A DNA stretch of 64,000 nucleotides, taken from NCBI GenBank assembly GCA_951406725.2, contig OX597815.1, forward strand, positions 68,510,001 to 68,574,000, written 5' to 3'. Source of the DNA: Octopus vulgaris. Its lineage: Eukaryota. The position numbers and the translations under genes were made by a program. Positions 25,213 through 38,673 of this stretch are shown piece after piece. The notes below the pieces were generated by a model. That model saw only the letters and a list, made by a program, of their open reading frames with translations. It was not told where the DNA came from and made no database searches. Within the stretch, counting starts at the first letter, position 1; each line of letters opens with the position of its first letter.

Positions 25213-26445
25213 TTGGGTCATCCCATAAATAATGCAGTTATTTCAATTGCATGCATTAAAAGTTGGAGTGGGATGGGATAAACTACCTGCATCAACTTGC
25301 TATAAAAGCAAGTAGTTTTACTTTGTGCTTATTCTTAGTGCAAGTTTTGAAGAGTACAGTTCGATTTTAACAATTATTTTTTCAAAGCTATAATAGAAGT
25401 GGCAAAGGAGCATATTCAGCATATTTTGATTTATGAGTTCAATAAAGGCAACAATACGATGGAAAGTGCTAGGAATATCAATGCAGTATATGGAGATTGG
25501 ACAATAAGCATAAGCCAATGTCAACAATGGTTCCAGAAATTCCAAGCCGGAAACTACATCCTAGAAGACGAGTCTTGTCCTGGAAGATCTGTAGAGCTCA
25601 ATGAGGACGTCCTGCAAACCCTGGTGGAACAAAATCTGATCGTAACTGTTGAGGAAGTAGCAGACAAGCTTGGATTTAGTCATTCAACCATTCATCGATA
25701 CCTGCATGCCATCGGAAAAGTCAGCAAATTGGATCAATGGTTTCCTCACAAGTTTCCGAGTCTAATCACACGCAGAGCGTGAATGTGTACTCTTCTTTGC
25801 TGTCACATCTCATGACTGAACCTTTTTAAGACTGAATAGTGACTGGTGATGAGAAATGGGTTCTCTATAAAAATGTCAAGTGCCAAAGACAGTGGGTAGG
25901 AAAAGGAGAAACACCAGCACTGCAGACTAAAGGTCTTCATCCACGTAAGGTGTTTGGTGAGATATGAAAAGTTTAGTTCACTTTGAACTTTTAAACCTAA
26001 ATCAAATGAGTCAGTACTAGAAGAAAAACGACCATCTTTGGTTTCAAGATGAAAGATGTTCTTCCATCAGGATAATGCTTGGCCACATACAACAAGGATA
26101 ACATTCCAAAGGCTGATGCAGTTTGGATGGGAATCAATGCCCCACACACCATATTTGCCAGAGATTGCCATATCTGATTATCATTTATTCTACAGTCTTC
26201 AAAATCGTTTGGTTGGAAAAAAATATGAATTCCATAGATGAGGTCAGATCAATAGTGGAGGAGTATTTTTCATCACAGACAGGTGAACTTTGGAAGAGGT
26301 GCCTTGCAAATCTACCAGATAGATGGAAGAGCATTATATAAAATGAAGGAGAGTATATTTTAGATTAAAAAAGAACTTTGTTTATCTTAATTTTGAAAAA
26401 ATAAAAGAAGTATAAAAATACTGCATTATTTATGGGTTAACCCAA
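25213..26445 (+). mobile_element. Full-length mariner (DD34D) transposon with inactivated transposase
   Basis: TIRs ttgggtcatcccataaataatgcagt / actgcattatttatgggttaacccaa flanked by TA on both sides. Motifs: HTH YEFNKG..WFQKF..LED..GRS, IVTGDEKWVLY, HQDNAWPH, PYLPEIAISDYHLF. Multiple stops and frameshifts. Confidence 0.95.
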
Positions 26446-28039
26446 TACATATTGCTCCACTGCAGCTGCCACATACAAAGCTCACCTTCTCTGTTAGTCT
26501 GCCTGTGATTTCACTACATCTCTTGTGTGTCCATAGTTTACACTGGCTATAGTATATAGAGTTTATACCCTATTCCTTGTTTCCATATATACTTAATGTA
26601 AGATTTTGTTTTATGCAGACATTAACTTACACTGAATTCATTGAAGCCTTCAAATATTAAGATTTCCCTCCTTTGAATTACATGAATTTAAATAAAAGTA
26701 GGAAATGAGTTGAGCTGCCCCCAGGTATTTAATTGGCAATTATTTAATCAACTTGCAGACAGATGATAAATGATAAAATCAACTGCAGTAGAATTCGAAT
26801 CGACTGCAAAACAGTTCTGACAGAGAATCAAAATATGACAGGCATTTTGATTCCCACAGATTCTACCAACAAACACTGGTGCCAGCCTACCTAATAAAAA
26901 TAACATTATTTGCAAAAGTAGATGTGTGTGTGTGTGTGTGCATGCATATGTGTATATGTTGTGCCAGTGGGGTATATATTAGCAATGTGCTAATATATGT
27001 GAGGTTTCTTGAGAAAATATTGACTAAGCAACAGCTGCAAAGAAACGACATGCCTGCATTACATGAGAAGGAAGAGGAGGAGGAGACATTGTATTGTCTG
27101 TGTAACATTGATCAGCTTCTGTGGAAAATTTCACATACATCAGCAATATATACTCAAACATCAGTCTGTTTATTATATGTGTATGTGTGTTTTCCTATAT
27201 GTTAACACATTCTATAAAAACATAAAACACACACACATACAGTATATATGTTTAACACATACAATTATATGTGTATGCAGTATCGTTTTTATTGATTCCC
27301 ATCATTGGACTGTGGCTAGTAATCTGAACTATTTACCTTCAAGACGAATCGATTATATTGACCTCAATATTTGATTGGTATTAAATTTCATTGACCTCAG
27401 TAAATATTAATGGCAAATTCAACCCAGCTGAGATTTAAACCAGAATGTAAGAGAGATGTAACTATATCATAATAATTTTAACATCCACTTTTCCATGCTT
27501 TGTGGGTGGAAAAAGTTTATTGAGGCAGATTTTCTATGTCAAGATGTCTTTCCTGTTTCCAAGCAAGATAATATTTCCCTATGGTCAAACATTATTATTG
27601 AATGACAGTGACACTCATGTTTATCACACATTGCCAAGATAAGGAGATACCAAACACATGCACGCTCACAAATACTTACATATTCAAATATATATCACAG
27701 GTTTTGTCCAGTTTCCATAAAGCAGATCCTCTCACAATGCTTTGGTTGTCTCTGGACTACCATAAAAGTCACTTGCTGAAGGCACAATGCTATAGGACTG
27801 AACCTGAAACCATGTGGTTGAGAAGCAAACTTAACTACACAATCTTGCTTGTACCAATAAGCCACTCCTGTGTGTTCTTTTCTCTATGTTAATGTAGGTT
27901 GCACAAATATATTATTGAGGCATTGTTTTATTGCTTGATGTACTTCCTGTTTCTCAACCATACTTTGTTTTCCAAGTAAGGAATTTGTCATTCCACATTT
28001 CTTCAAAGGCACAATTGTAGCAGCTGATTTGTAAGTGTG

Positions 28040-28430
28040 TGTGTGTGTGTGTGTGTGTAGAGTCCACAAAGACCAGCCAACATTCAGTATGTGTCTAAGA
28101 CATCTTTGATGGAAAGGAATGACATCAGCACACACATGGTGCACAGCAACTTTTGTTTGCTTTATAATGCCATGTTGGGACCAGATGCAAAACTCAAGCC
28201 CTGAAGGAATCAGTTGCCTTCTGAAACCTTCAAGATTTTCAGCATCAAAGGAGTAAGAAAGCAGAGTATACTGCCCAGGTAGACAAACTTGGTTACCATT
28301 TTCAGTAGTGTTTCTTTTTTTCAACTAAGATAAATGGTTTCACATGTAGGTTTTCTGGTACAAGCTGGAACATTACAATGGTCTTGTTGTCCATATTAAT
28401 GCTGAGTCCAAATGCCTTGTAAAATGCAGA
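28040..28430 (-). mobile_element. RTE-BovB-like LINE fragment
   Basis: Minus-strand FHQRCLRHILNVGW motif. Confidence 0.6.
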
Positions 28431-28884
28431 AATATAACCCATGAGAATTTACATATCTTCAATTGTATGGACAACTAAATCATCGAAGAATGATTACAAC
28501 TTAGTTTTTCATACAATTAATATGGGTTAAACGTGTGTGTGTGTATTTATATATGTATGCGTGTACATATGTGTATTTGTTTATGTGTGTATGTATGTGT
28601 ATGTATGTCCAACTCATGCTAACATGGAAAGCATGTTAAATGATGATGATGGCATACATATGTATATGTACCTAATGTAAAGCATCCCACTGTAGTAAAA
28701 TCTGCATCGACAAAGTTTCATAGTCATGTATGAATAGAGGGTGGGTGCAGGCATGGCTGTGCAGTTTAGAAATATGCTATGTGACTACATGTTATTAGGT
28801 TCGTTCTCACTGACTGACACCTTATGCAAATTGGACATTTATCTTCTATATCCCTGGCTGATCAATGACTTGTCAGTGAAATGA

Positions 28885-29560
28885 TTATATAACTTCAGAA
28901 CTAAACAGCAAATATTTCAAGAAGGAGCTGGTTTGCAGAGCCAACATTCTTGATGTACACAGCATATGAGACCCTTATATTAGATCAACAGACAATACCT
29001 TCGAAGGAAGATTAATACCACATACAGCTTCATCTAGAAACAGAAGAAAGTGCAATATAGTTTCACTTTCTCAATTGGTATGAAACCTGACAGACTGTGA
29101 AGTGTTTAACTTATTATAAACTGGAGTATTATTGCCAAAAGAAATTAGTATAATGCATGAAGTATTATATGCAATCTTTGTCATAGAAAAGTTAACAGAT
29201 CTTACTGCTGAACACTTGAACAGATGAGAATGTATTATATATGTTGGCTCTTTTTGTGCACATGAAAACTACTTCAAACTACAAACCTTAAAAACACATT
29301 CCTATCAGAAATAAATTGAATCTAGCTAACTTCCCACCCCCAACGTACATAACTACTTTCCACAACAATCATATATTCATCCTTATTGCAAGCACACAAA
29401 AACTACCTCCACCTCCCAATATCAATGCATTACAGTGCAACAATAAAAGAAATTCCCCAAAATACACCAGACCCATTCATTGCCCACTACACTCTAAGAG
29501 ACACTATTACGTAAAATTTTCCCCCCTACACCCACTAAATTAATATCGAGCATACACCAG
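28885..29560 (+). mobile_element. Penelope-like element 3' fragment (GIY-YIG endonuclease remnant)
   Basis: Degenerate YIRSTDNTFEGRL..H..S.RN, INWSIIAKR, ICNLC..., typical of PLE GIY-YIG C-termini. Followed by a C/A-rich 3' region. Confidence 0.65.
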
Positions 29561-30039
29561 ATACATGCAAACGTGTATATATCATCATTATTTAACATTC
29601 ACTTTTCCCTGCCTCCATAGGTCAGATGGAATTTGTTGAGGCAGATTTTTTTTACAACTGGATATCACACTTGTTTCCAAGTAGTGATATTTTCCATAGC
29701 CAGAAATATTTCTATGAAAGACTGGAAGCTTGTATGATGATAATGCTCATTTACAACCCTCATGTAGTGTTAAGACAAAGGTAGACACAAGTGAATACAC
29801 ACATAAACACAATGTTTACCAAATCCACTCACAGGGCTGCTGTCCAAGGTGCCATGCAGTGGAACTGAACCTAATAGCACATGGTTGAGAAGCAAGGTTC
29901 TTAACCACACAGCCATGTCTGCACCTATTAAGTACAGGGAGTTTGGCTTAGATTTGACAGCATGAAAGGGGAAAGAAAAACACAATATCCCATCCAAAAG
30001 GAAAATACTTTGAAATATTCAAAAAAACATCAACTAGAT

Positions 30040-30680
30040 TTTGGCTGAGAAATAACAGTTTCCTCAAAGTAACCATCTTCAGCTTCGCCAACAGTCTTAG
30101 GATGGCTCTGGAACCTGGCACATGTGCCCCTCACTGTCTCCTGTCTCTGGGAAGATCTCCAAACACCTCAATTTTGGCCTTGCGGTTGGAGGCAGAGCAG
30201 TTGGTGTCTTTCTCAACTCCCCACCCCATGCATAGTCATCCATGGGATTACAATTGGGGAAATTGGGAGACCAGAAATTCTCCAACAACCATTTCTAGCT
30301 CTTTCCAGTTTTGCAAGGCACTGCATCCTGCTGACACACATATGGCCTAGCAGCAATCCTCTCCAGTAGGCCCAATTCAAGGACACAGTCAGAATGCTTG
30401 CTGTGTCCCTTCCTGCTAGCCACAGCTTTGTAGTCTCCATTGCAGCCTCTACAGTGTTTGCAGAGCACTGTGCAGCAGTCATGATGTCAGCATATTGATA
30501 CCTAGCACAAATCATCATCACACAGGTAACTCTTTTCCTATAATCAGGTAGTTTCCTGTCCACCATGTGAGCCAACTTTAATGTTTATGCTCTCCAACAC
30601 CACTGACTGTTCACCAATACATCAAGTAATCCCTGAAAAAAGGAAATGTAAAAATAAATCATCCAATTTAGTCTGAACAC
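30040..30680 (-). mobile_element. Tc1/mariner-superfamily transposase relic (internally deleted)
   Basis: FWSPNFPNCNPMDDYAW resembles the WPPNSPDLNPLDY catalytic motif. HTH-like remnant (DIMTAAQCSANTV) upstream on the - strand. Confidence 0.65.
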
Positions 30681-32646
30681 ACTAAATATATATGATCATA
30701 CATAGTGTGGTGTGAAGTATGTGTATAAAAAGTTTACTAATGCACTCAACAATCACCTTTGCAATGACACCCCTCGAGAGAGGAGACAAGAAAAGAATGG
30801 TCTATAAAAATAATTGGGTACAAAATAGTTATGGAGTCACACAAAAACCCTCACCCTATTACAAAAAATCTATGAACATTTCACAGAATATCCTTGGAAG
30901 AACCTTGCACTTCATAAATAATAATGTTATTGCAAATAGTTCATCCTGGCTTCCATATCAAACCCTTAATAACAGACTAACATGGCAGATACTACAAACT
31001 TGTTTATAGTCCATAACTATATTTTATACACTGGTACAGAAACACAATACCATACTGTCCCATGGCCTTCCCACCTTCATAATATGTGTCTACTTTTTAT
31101 ATCTTTTAGTGAGGGCAGTGCTCATGCATGATCCTACATAAGGCTTCTAATCACCAAGAAATCAAGTGGTGATGTTAAACCAGGGGACAGGCTGGGTCTA
31201 TAAGCCACGTAGGCTATGGTGGAGTTTGAACTTGGAATGCAAAGGGTTTAAGAAAATACCAAAAAGCATCCAGTTTGACAATCTTATGGCTCCACTAATC
31301 CACCACCCTGAATTAGTATTCTATTTCACTAATCCAAATCCACAGGGGCTTGTGCTGTTTTTATCTTATCAGTAGGTCTATGAGTGATAGAGGTACTGAA
31401 TTCAAAAAGGTGGCCAGAGTTGTTAGTGAAAAAAGAACTTAACAAAGCAATTTATATAGAGTAACTTTACATTAAGGAGTGGAATGAACAGTTTCCTGTA
31501 ATTCAGACTACCTCATGGTCTCAGCAGACTAAATGGAAAAGGCAATGCCCTGGATAATCTTGTGAGTTACTATCAAGTCAGCTGCAATGTGTGTTGATGC
31601 CCAGTCAAGCAATAGGTTCAAGACATGATAAGTAACTGAGGGTATGCATCTGCTTCTACGTCACAGGACAGTTTATCTAACCACAGACATATTTTATACT
31701 ACATATAAATTACTACAGATTTATTACATTTCCAGATCTTATAACATTTATTCTAACTTTCATTTCGTTCTATTTATGCCTCATCTTATACTGTTCCCTA
31801 TTTCATTATTTTCATTTTATTTTATTTTATCCTATTTCATGGCAATTACTTTTTTTGACAGTTAAGCAAAGTTATCTGCTTTAAGCCCTCGTACTACACA
31901 AGGGAATTAACCAACACGATAATTCATAGTTGATTATCTCCCTTCATTCATTTATGCTATATTCTCTACATCTATGATATTAACGTTTCACAATATCGTC
32001 ATTTTGAACAGCAGAGAGTTGTTCGTATTTTGAATCTTGTTTGTGATATGTTGACTTCTGTCAGCAGGAAATCTTTGGTACCAGAGAAGTAACAAACAAT
32101 CCTATCGAAACGACTCCCTTTAAGCATTCAGTACTTTTTCTTTCAATTCGTTACCAATATGAGTGTGTGTGCGCGTGTGTGTAGTTTGCCTTTATGTGTC
32201 ATGGATTGACAACCAATATTAGTTTGTTCACATCTCTGTAACTAGGCAATTGAAGAAAATAGGCAAACAATAAGTACTATGTCAATTTCATTAGTTAACC
32301 TTAGTTAACGCCAGCATGGCCATAGTCAAATGACTGAAATCAGTGAAAGGGTACAAATATGTGTGTGAGAGTATACTCTTTACGTTTTTACTTGTTTCAG
32401 TCATTTGACTGACCATACTGGAGCACCGCCTTTAGTCGAGCAAATTGACCCCAGGACTTATTCTTTGTAAGCTTAGTACTTATTCTATCGCTCTCTTTTG
32501 CCGAACCGCTAAGTTACGGGGACGTAAACACACCAGCATCTCACCCATGAGGTACTGGTACATAATGGGTAGAAATGATTGTAGTGAGTAATAAAAAATC
32601 TTGAGAATTCCATTTTCTTTCTCTCATATATATATATATGTGTGTG

Positions 32647-32687
<41 letters not shown>

Positions 32688-32689
<2 letters not shown>

Positions 32690-33401
32690 TCATCATCATC
32701 ATTTAGCGTCCGTTTTCCATGCTAGTATGGGTTGGACGGTTCAACTGGGGTCTGTGAAGCTGGAAGGCTTCATCAGGCCCAGTCAGATCTGGCAGTGTTT
32801 CTACGGCTAGATTCCCTTCCTAACGCCAACCACTCCGTGAGTGTAGTGGGTGCTTTTTACGTGCCACCCGCACAGGTGCCAGACAGAGCTGGCAAACGGC
32901 CACAAAACGGATGGTGCTTTTACGTGTCACCGGCACGGGGGCCAGGCGAGGCTGGCAACGGACACAAACGGATGGTGCTTTTACGTGCCACCAACACGGG
33001 GGTCAGACAGAGCTGGCAAACGGCTACGAAATGGATGGTGCTTTTACGTGTCACCGGCACGGGGGCCAGGTGAGGCTGGCAACGGACACGAACAGATGGT
33101 GCTTTTACATGCCACCGACACGGGGGCCAGACAGGGCTGGCAAACGACCACGAACGGATGGTGCTTTTACGTGTCACCGGCACGGGGGCCAGACGGAGGC
33201 CACTGGCACCTGTGTCGGTGGCACATAAAATCACCCACTACACTCTTGGAGTGGTTGGCGTTAGGAAGGGCATCCAGCTGTAGAAACACTGCCAGATCTG
33301 ACTGGCCTGGTGCAGCCTTCGAGCTTGCCAGACCCCAGTTGAACCGTCCAACCCATGCTAGCATGGAAAGCGGATGTTAAAGGATGATGATGATGATGAT
33401 G
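32688..33401. mobile_element. Two RTE 3'-UTR copies joined head-to-head around a 61-bp minisatellite
   Basis: 32688-32882 is the reverse complement of about 33203-33401. Six ggtgcttttac-containing units lie in between. Confidence 0.85.
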
Positions 33402-33502
33402 ATATATATATATATATATATGTGTGTGTGTATATATATATGTGTGTGTATATATATATATATATATGTGTGTGTATATATATATGTGTGTGTATATATA
33501 TA

Positions 33503-33545
<43 letters not shown>

Positions 33546-33676
33546 ATGTGTGTGTATATATATATATGTGTGTGTGTATATATATGTGTGTGTGTATATA
33601 TATATGTGTGTGTGTGTGTATATATATATATGTGTGTGTGTGTATATATATATATGTGTGTGTGTGTATATATATA

Positions 33677-33743
<67 letters not shown>

Positions 33744-33788
33744 ATATATATATATATGTGTGTGTATATATATATATATATGTGTGTG

Positions 33789-33843
<55 letters not shown>

Positions 33844-33852
33844 GTGTGTGTG

Positions 33853-33941
<89 letters not shown>

Positions 33942-33948
33942 ATATATA
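33402..33948. repeat. Compound (TA)n/(TG)n microsatellite
   Basis: Seen directly. Confidence 0.97.
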
Positions 33949-34120
33949 TTTCGTTCTATTTATGCCTCATCTTATACTTTTCCCTATTTCATTATTTTCA
34001 TTTTATTTTATTTTATTTTATCCTATTTCATGGCAATTACTTTTTTTGACAGTTAAGCAAAGTTATCTGCTTTAAGCCCTCGTATGCAAGCATGGAAAAT
34101 GACAGTGAAGATGATGATTA

Positions 34121-34154
<34 letters not shown>

Positions 34155-35192
34155 TAATCATCATCTTCACTGTCATTTTCCATATATATATATATATATC
34201 ATAATCATCATCTTCACTGTCATTTTCCATGCTTGCATACATCAGTCAGAGTTTCTGGAAACAAACTTCCAACGACCATATATGCCTTTTCTGTCACCCA
34301 TTTTTACCTGTGTCCAAGCAAGGTAATTATTATTTCCCCATGGCCAGACATGTTTTAGCAAATTACTGAAAATGAACAAAACTCTTTTACAACTACCTTG
34401 CAATGTCAAGACAAGGTGACACACACATGATGGGTTTTTTTTTTTAGTTTCCATCTTCTAAATCCACTTACAAGGCTTTTGTCAGCTGGAGGCTATAGTA
34501 GAAACACTTGCTTAAGGTGCCATGCAGGTGGAATTTAATTAAAAACTATGTGGTTGGGAAGCAAGCTTCATATACTGCTTGGTTTTGTAGCTGAGTTGCA
34601 TCCCTCTGCATAGCACCTTACTATAGCCCCAGGTTGACCAAATCCAAGTGAGAAGATTTGGAAAGAAGTTCTTTGCTTGTGTATGTGTGTATTGACATCA
34701 TGCACTAATTGTAAATGAGTATCACCATCATACATGTAATGTTTGTTCCCAAACTTTTGTGAAAATATGGTCTGACCATTTGAAAATATTACCTTGCTTG
34801 GAAGCAGATGAGGGTTGGCAAATAGAAGGGCATTCAGTTGCAGAAATAACCTTCAGCAAATTTAGTTTGCTCCACACAAGCATGGATTTGTGAACTTTCA
34901 AATGATGATGATGATGATGATGACAATTGTGTGTGTGTGTTTGGGCATGTGACTGTTTGTATTCTCTTCATCCTAATATGGGTGCACACTGGTTATAAAC
35001 AAAAGTTCACATTTCATACAGTGTTGTTTGTTAGTAATCATGCACAAAAGCATGTCCAGACTGTTCGTCGTTCAACAGACCGAAAGATTATTGGCTTGCA
35101 TGGAAACAGGTGAGTGTTGATATCAAGAAGGAAGGCATCTAATTGTAGCCCTATATATTTCTGCTAAATAGATACATGTTATAAAGTAGCAC

Positions 35193-35238
<46 letters not shown>

Positions 35239-35239
35239 G

Positions 35240-37477
35240 TATATATCTGGCAGTGTTGGATATAGCCTAGTTGCCCATATAGCTAACCAGGTGATACATG
35301 AATGAGTCATACCCAATGACTGGTGTAGCAGCACCATAGTCAACTGCCACAAAGGTAAAGGTGATGCTTTAGATACAAATAATTACAGAGGTATCAAGTT
35401 GTTGGCTCCGGTAATGAAGGTCACGGAGAGGGTCATAGCCCAACTAATTAGGGAGAGAGTCAGTCTAGATGAGATGCAGTTTGGGTTCGTGCCAGGGAAA
35501 AGCCAAAGATAAACATCTGTACTTGGCTTTTGTTGACATGGAAAAAGCCTTTGACAGGGTCCCTCGATTCCTTATATGGTGGTCAATGAGGAAACTAGGG
35601 ATAGATGAATGGTTAGTGAGAGCTGTGCAAGCCATGTCAGTAAGGTGAGGATTGGCAATGAGTACAGTAAAGAATTCCGGGTAGGGGTAGGAGTCCACCA
35701 AGGATCAGTCCTCAGCCCCCTCTTATTCATCGTAGTCCTCCATGCAATAACAGAGGAATTCAAGGCAGGATGCCCCTGGGAGCTCCTCTATGTTAATGAC
35801 CTTGCTCTAATTGCTGAGTCACTATCGTAACTAGAGGAAAAGTTTCAGGTGTGGAAGCAAGGATTAGAATCAAAGGGTCTTAGAGTCAACCTAGCTAAAA
35901 CCAAACTTTTAATAAGTAGGAAGGCAGACAAACCACAAATCCCTTCAGGTAGATGGCCCTGCTTGATTTGTAGAAAAGGCGTAGGTAGAGACTCCATATG
36001 ATGTACCCAGTGTAAGCTATGGACACATAAGAGGTGCAGCAATTTCAAAGGAAGGCTAACTGGGAAGATAGTTTTTGTATGTAGCAAATGCTCAGGTGCT
36101 ATAGCCAAGAACAACTTCTGTCACATTCCAGAGAGAATAATTACAAGTAGTTGATAGCTTCCGTTATCTAGGGGACCAAGTCAGTAGAGGGGGTAGATGC
36201 TCTGAAAGTGTAGCTACTAGAATAAGAATAGCCTGGGCAAAGTTCAGAGAGCTCCTACTTCTGTTGGTAATAAAGGGCCTCTCACTCAGAGAGAAAGGTA
36301 GACTGTATGACGCATGTGTACGAACAGCCATGCTACATGGCAGTGAAACAAGGGCTGTGACCACTGAGGACATGCGTAAGCTTGCAAGGAATGAAGCCAG
36401 TATGCTTCGCTGGATGTGTAATGTCAGTGTGCATACATGACAGAGTGTAAGCACCCTGAGAGAGAAGTTGGATTTAAGAAGCATCAGATGTGGTGTGCAA
36501 GAGAGACGAATGCACTGGTATGGTTATATGTTGCAAATGAATGAGGACAGCTGTGTGAAAAAGTGTCACACCCTAGCAGTTGAGGGAACCTGTGGAAGAG
36601 GTAGACCCAGGAAAACCTAGGATAAGGAGGTGAAGCACGACCTTTGAATATTGGACCTTACCAAGGCAATGACTAGTGACCGAGACCTTTGGAGATATGC
36701 TGTGCTTAAGAAGACCTGACAAGCCAAGTGTGACCATAGGCCATGGCCTATGCCAATGGGTGTAACCAGCCCACTTATGAATACCCTTCATTCATTGGAC
36801 AATAAACCTTGCTTGTGAAGACCTGTTGAGGCAAGTGAAATCAAAATTGTTAGCGTGGCCGATGGCAGTACTGCCTGATTGGCACTTGTGCCAGTGGAAC
36901 ATTAAAAGCACATCCAAATGTGTGGTGTAACCAGCCCGCTTATGAGTACCCTTCATTCATTGGACAATAAACTTTGCTTGCGAAGACCTATTGAGTCAAG
37001 TGAAATTAAATCAAAATCTCTGACATGGCCAATAACAGTACCGCCTGATTGGCACCCATGCCAGTGGAACTTTAAAAGCACATCCAAGCGTGATCATTGC
37101 CAGGGCCACGGATTTGCTTCTGTGCCAATGGCACATAAAAAGAGCACCATTCAAGCATGAGCGTTGCCAGCATCGCCTTACTGGAACATGAAAAGCAACA
37201 TTCGAGCCAGTGCCGCCTGACTGGTTCTCATGCAGGTAGCATGTAAAAAACACCTTTTGAGTGTGATCGTTGCCAGAACTGCTTGACTGGCCCTCATGCT
37301 GGTGGCATGTAAAAGCATCCACTACACTCTGGGAGTGGTTGGCATTAGGAAGGGTATCCAGCTGTAGAAACTTTGCCAGATCAGACTGAGCCTGGTGCAG
37401 CCTCTGGCTTACCAGTCAAACTGTCCAACCCATGCCAGCATGGAAAGCAGACGTTAAATAATGATGATGATGATGAT
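35240..37477 (+). mobile_element. 5'-truncated RTE-clade LINE (RT, PHD insert, 3' UTR, (GAT)n tail), degenerate
   Basis: NYRGIKLL, QFGFVPGK, LAFVDMEKAFDRV, VGVHQGSVLSPLLF, LYVNDL (YADD), VDSFRYLG, MLHGSET, RGRPRKT motifs. Starts next to (TA)n. Confidence 0.92.
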
Positions 37478-37746
37478 TATATATGTTTAATTAAGATTCA
37501 GTTGAATTAGGTACTTAAATTGAAGCACCTTACTAGTTTGGTATAACCTGCACACCTCCAACAATATTATTTGAATATTCAATATCAAGACTCTGTGTAG
37601 GGGTATTTGTACCTACTATTCTTGTCATCTGTGTAGACAACACAACCTAGATAAGTGAAGATATCCGCTCTTGGTAATTCATACATGTACTTTTTATAAA
37701 GGTACTTTCTATAGTATTTCCGAAGATTCCAAGTTAGGTGAACGGA

Positions 37747-37833
37747 ATATAAATAAGTAACAAAGATGTACAGGTGTCAATTCATTACAGCCTAATGAAT
37801 TAACACCTGTACATCTTTGTTACTTATTTATAT
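37747..37833. repeat. Near-perfect 41-bp-arm palindrome abutting (TA)n
   Basis: atataaataagtaacaaagatgtacaggtgtcaattcatta / cagcc / taatgaattaacacctgtacatctttgttacttatttatat (one mismatch). Confidence 0.95.
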
Positions 37834-37883
<50 letters not shown>

Positions 37884-38446
37884 TATGCCATTTATGTGAG
37901 TTTGGAGGGATATATTGTCCGTGGAGGGATATATATTGTGGTGATTCTCAGTTAAGTTTTAGGTTATGGCTAATGACATAGATCAGTATTTAATGCCTTT
38001 ATATAAAATTGTAAAATACAAAGAAATAAATTTTGAGGATGAACAAGTCTTCATATTCTATATCGTTATACACACACATGTGTGTATTTTTGATTCTATA
38101 TAATATATTTGATGTAAACACATATTTATAATTGTGTATGTGTGCATGTGTATCATCATAACCATTATTTTCATCATCATCATTTAACATCCATCATTCA
38201 TGCTGGTATGGCATGGATGGTTTGACAGGATCCAATTGTTCCAAAGCCTGCATTGCCACTGTCTGCTTTGGCATGGCTTCCACAGCTTGATGCCCTTCCT
38301 AATGCCAGCCTCTACAGCATGTACTAGGTACTTTTTTCATGATACTAACGCTAGGGAACACCATTATGTATATGTGTATATGTTATGAAGATCAACTATA
38401 GAGTCATACCAACAGCAAATGCTCAGTTGTTATCTTTAAAAGTGAT

Positions 38447-38673
38447 TTAACCCTTTTGATACCAACAAAAACTGCCATTGGTTCCATGATATAAACTTCC
38501 TGTTGTAAAGTTCTGTAGATTAAAAATGCCTGTTAAAATTTCATGTTGATTTATGCTCCAAATACCAGCTCAATGATGATAAAGATATTTTAATAAATTC
38601 CTAATTAATTTCAAATTCCTTTGGAATAAAGGCAGCGTATTTCAACTGAAATATATAATAACAAGAGAGTTAA
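38447..38673. mobile_element. piggyBac-type MITE, family B (opposite orientation)
   Basis: TTAA-CCCTTTTG start and ...AAGAGAG-TTAA end. Reverse complement resembles 24312-24541. Confidence 0.7.

Noticed and set aside
30719-31130. Possible second Penelope-like relic
   Set aside because: Composition is suggestive but no motif could be reconstructed with confidence.
31960-32110. Possible minus-strand terminal exon in unique sequence
   Set aside because: No polypyrimidine tract, short frames, and no recognisable homology.
33374-34075. ORFs of 210-233 aa rich in Y/I/C/V
   Set aside because: Translations of (TA)n/(TG)n microsatellite.
35021-35109. Exon-like segment ending in CAG/gtgagt
   Set aside because: The donor-like ggaaacaggtgag is part of a ubiquitous repeat in this window, and the peptide is unrecognisable.
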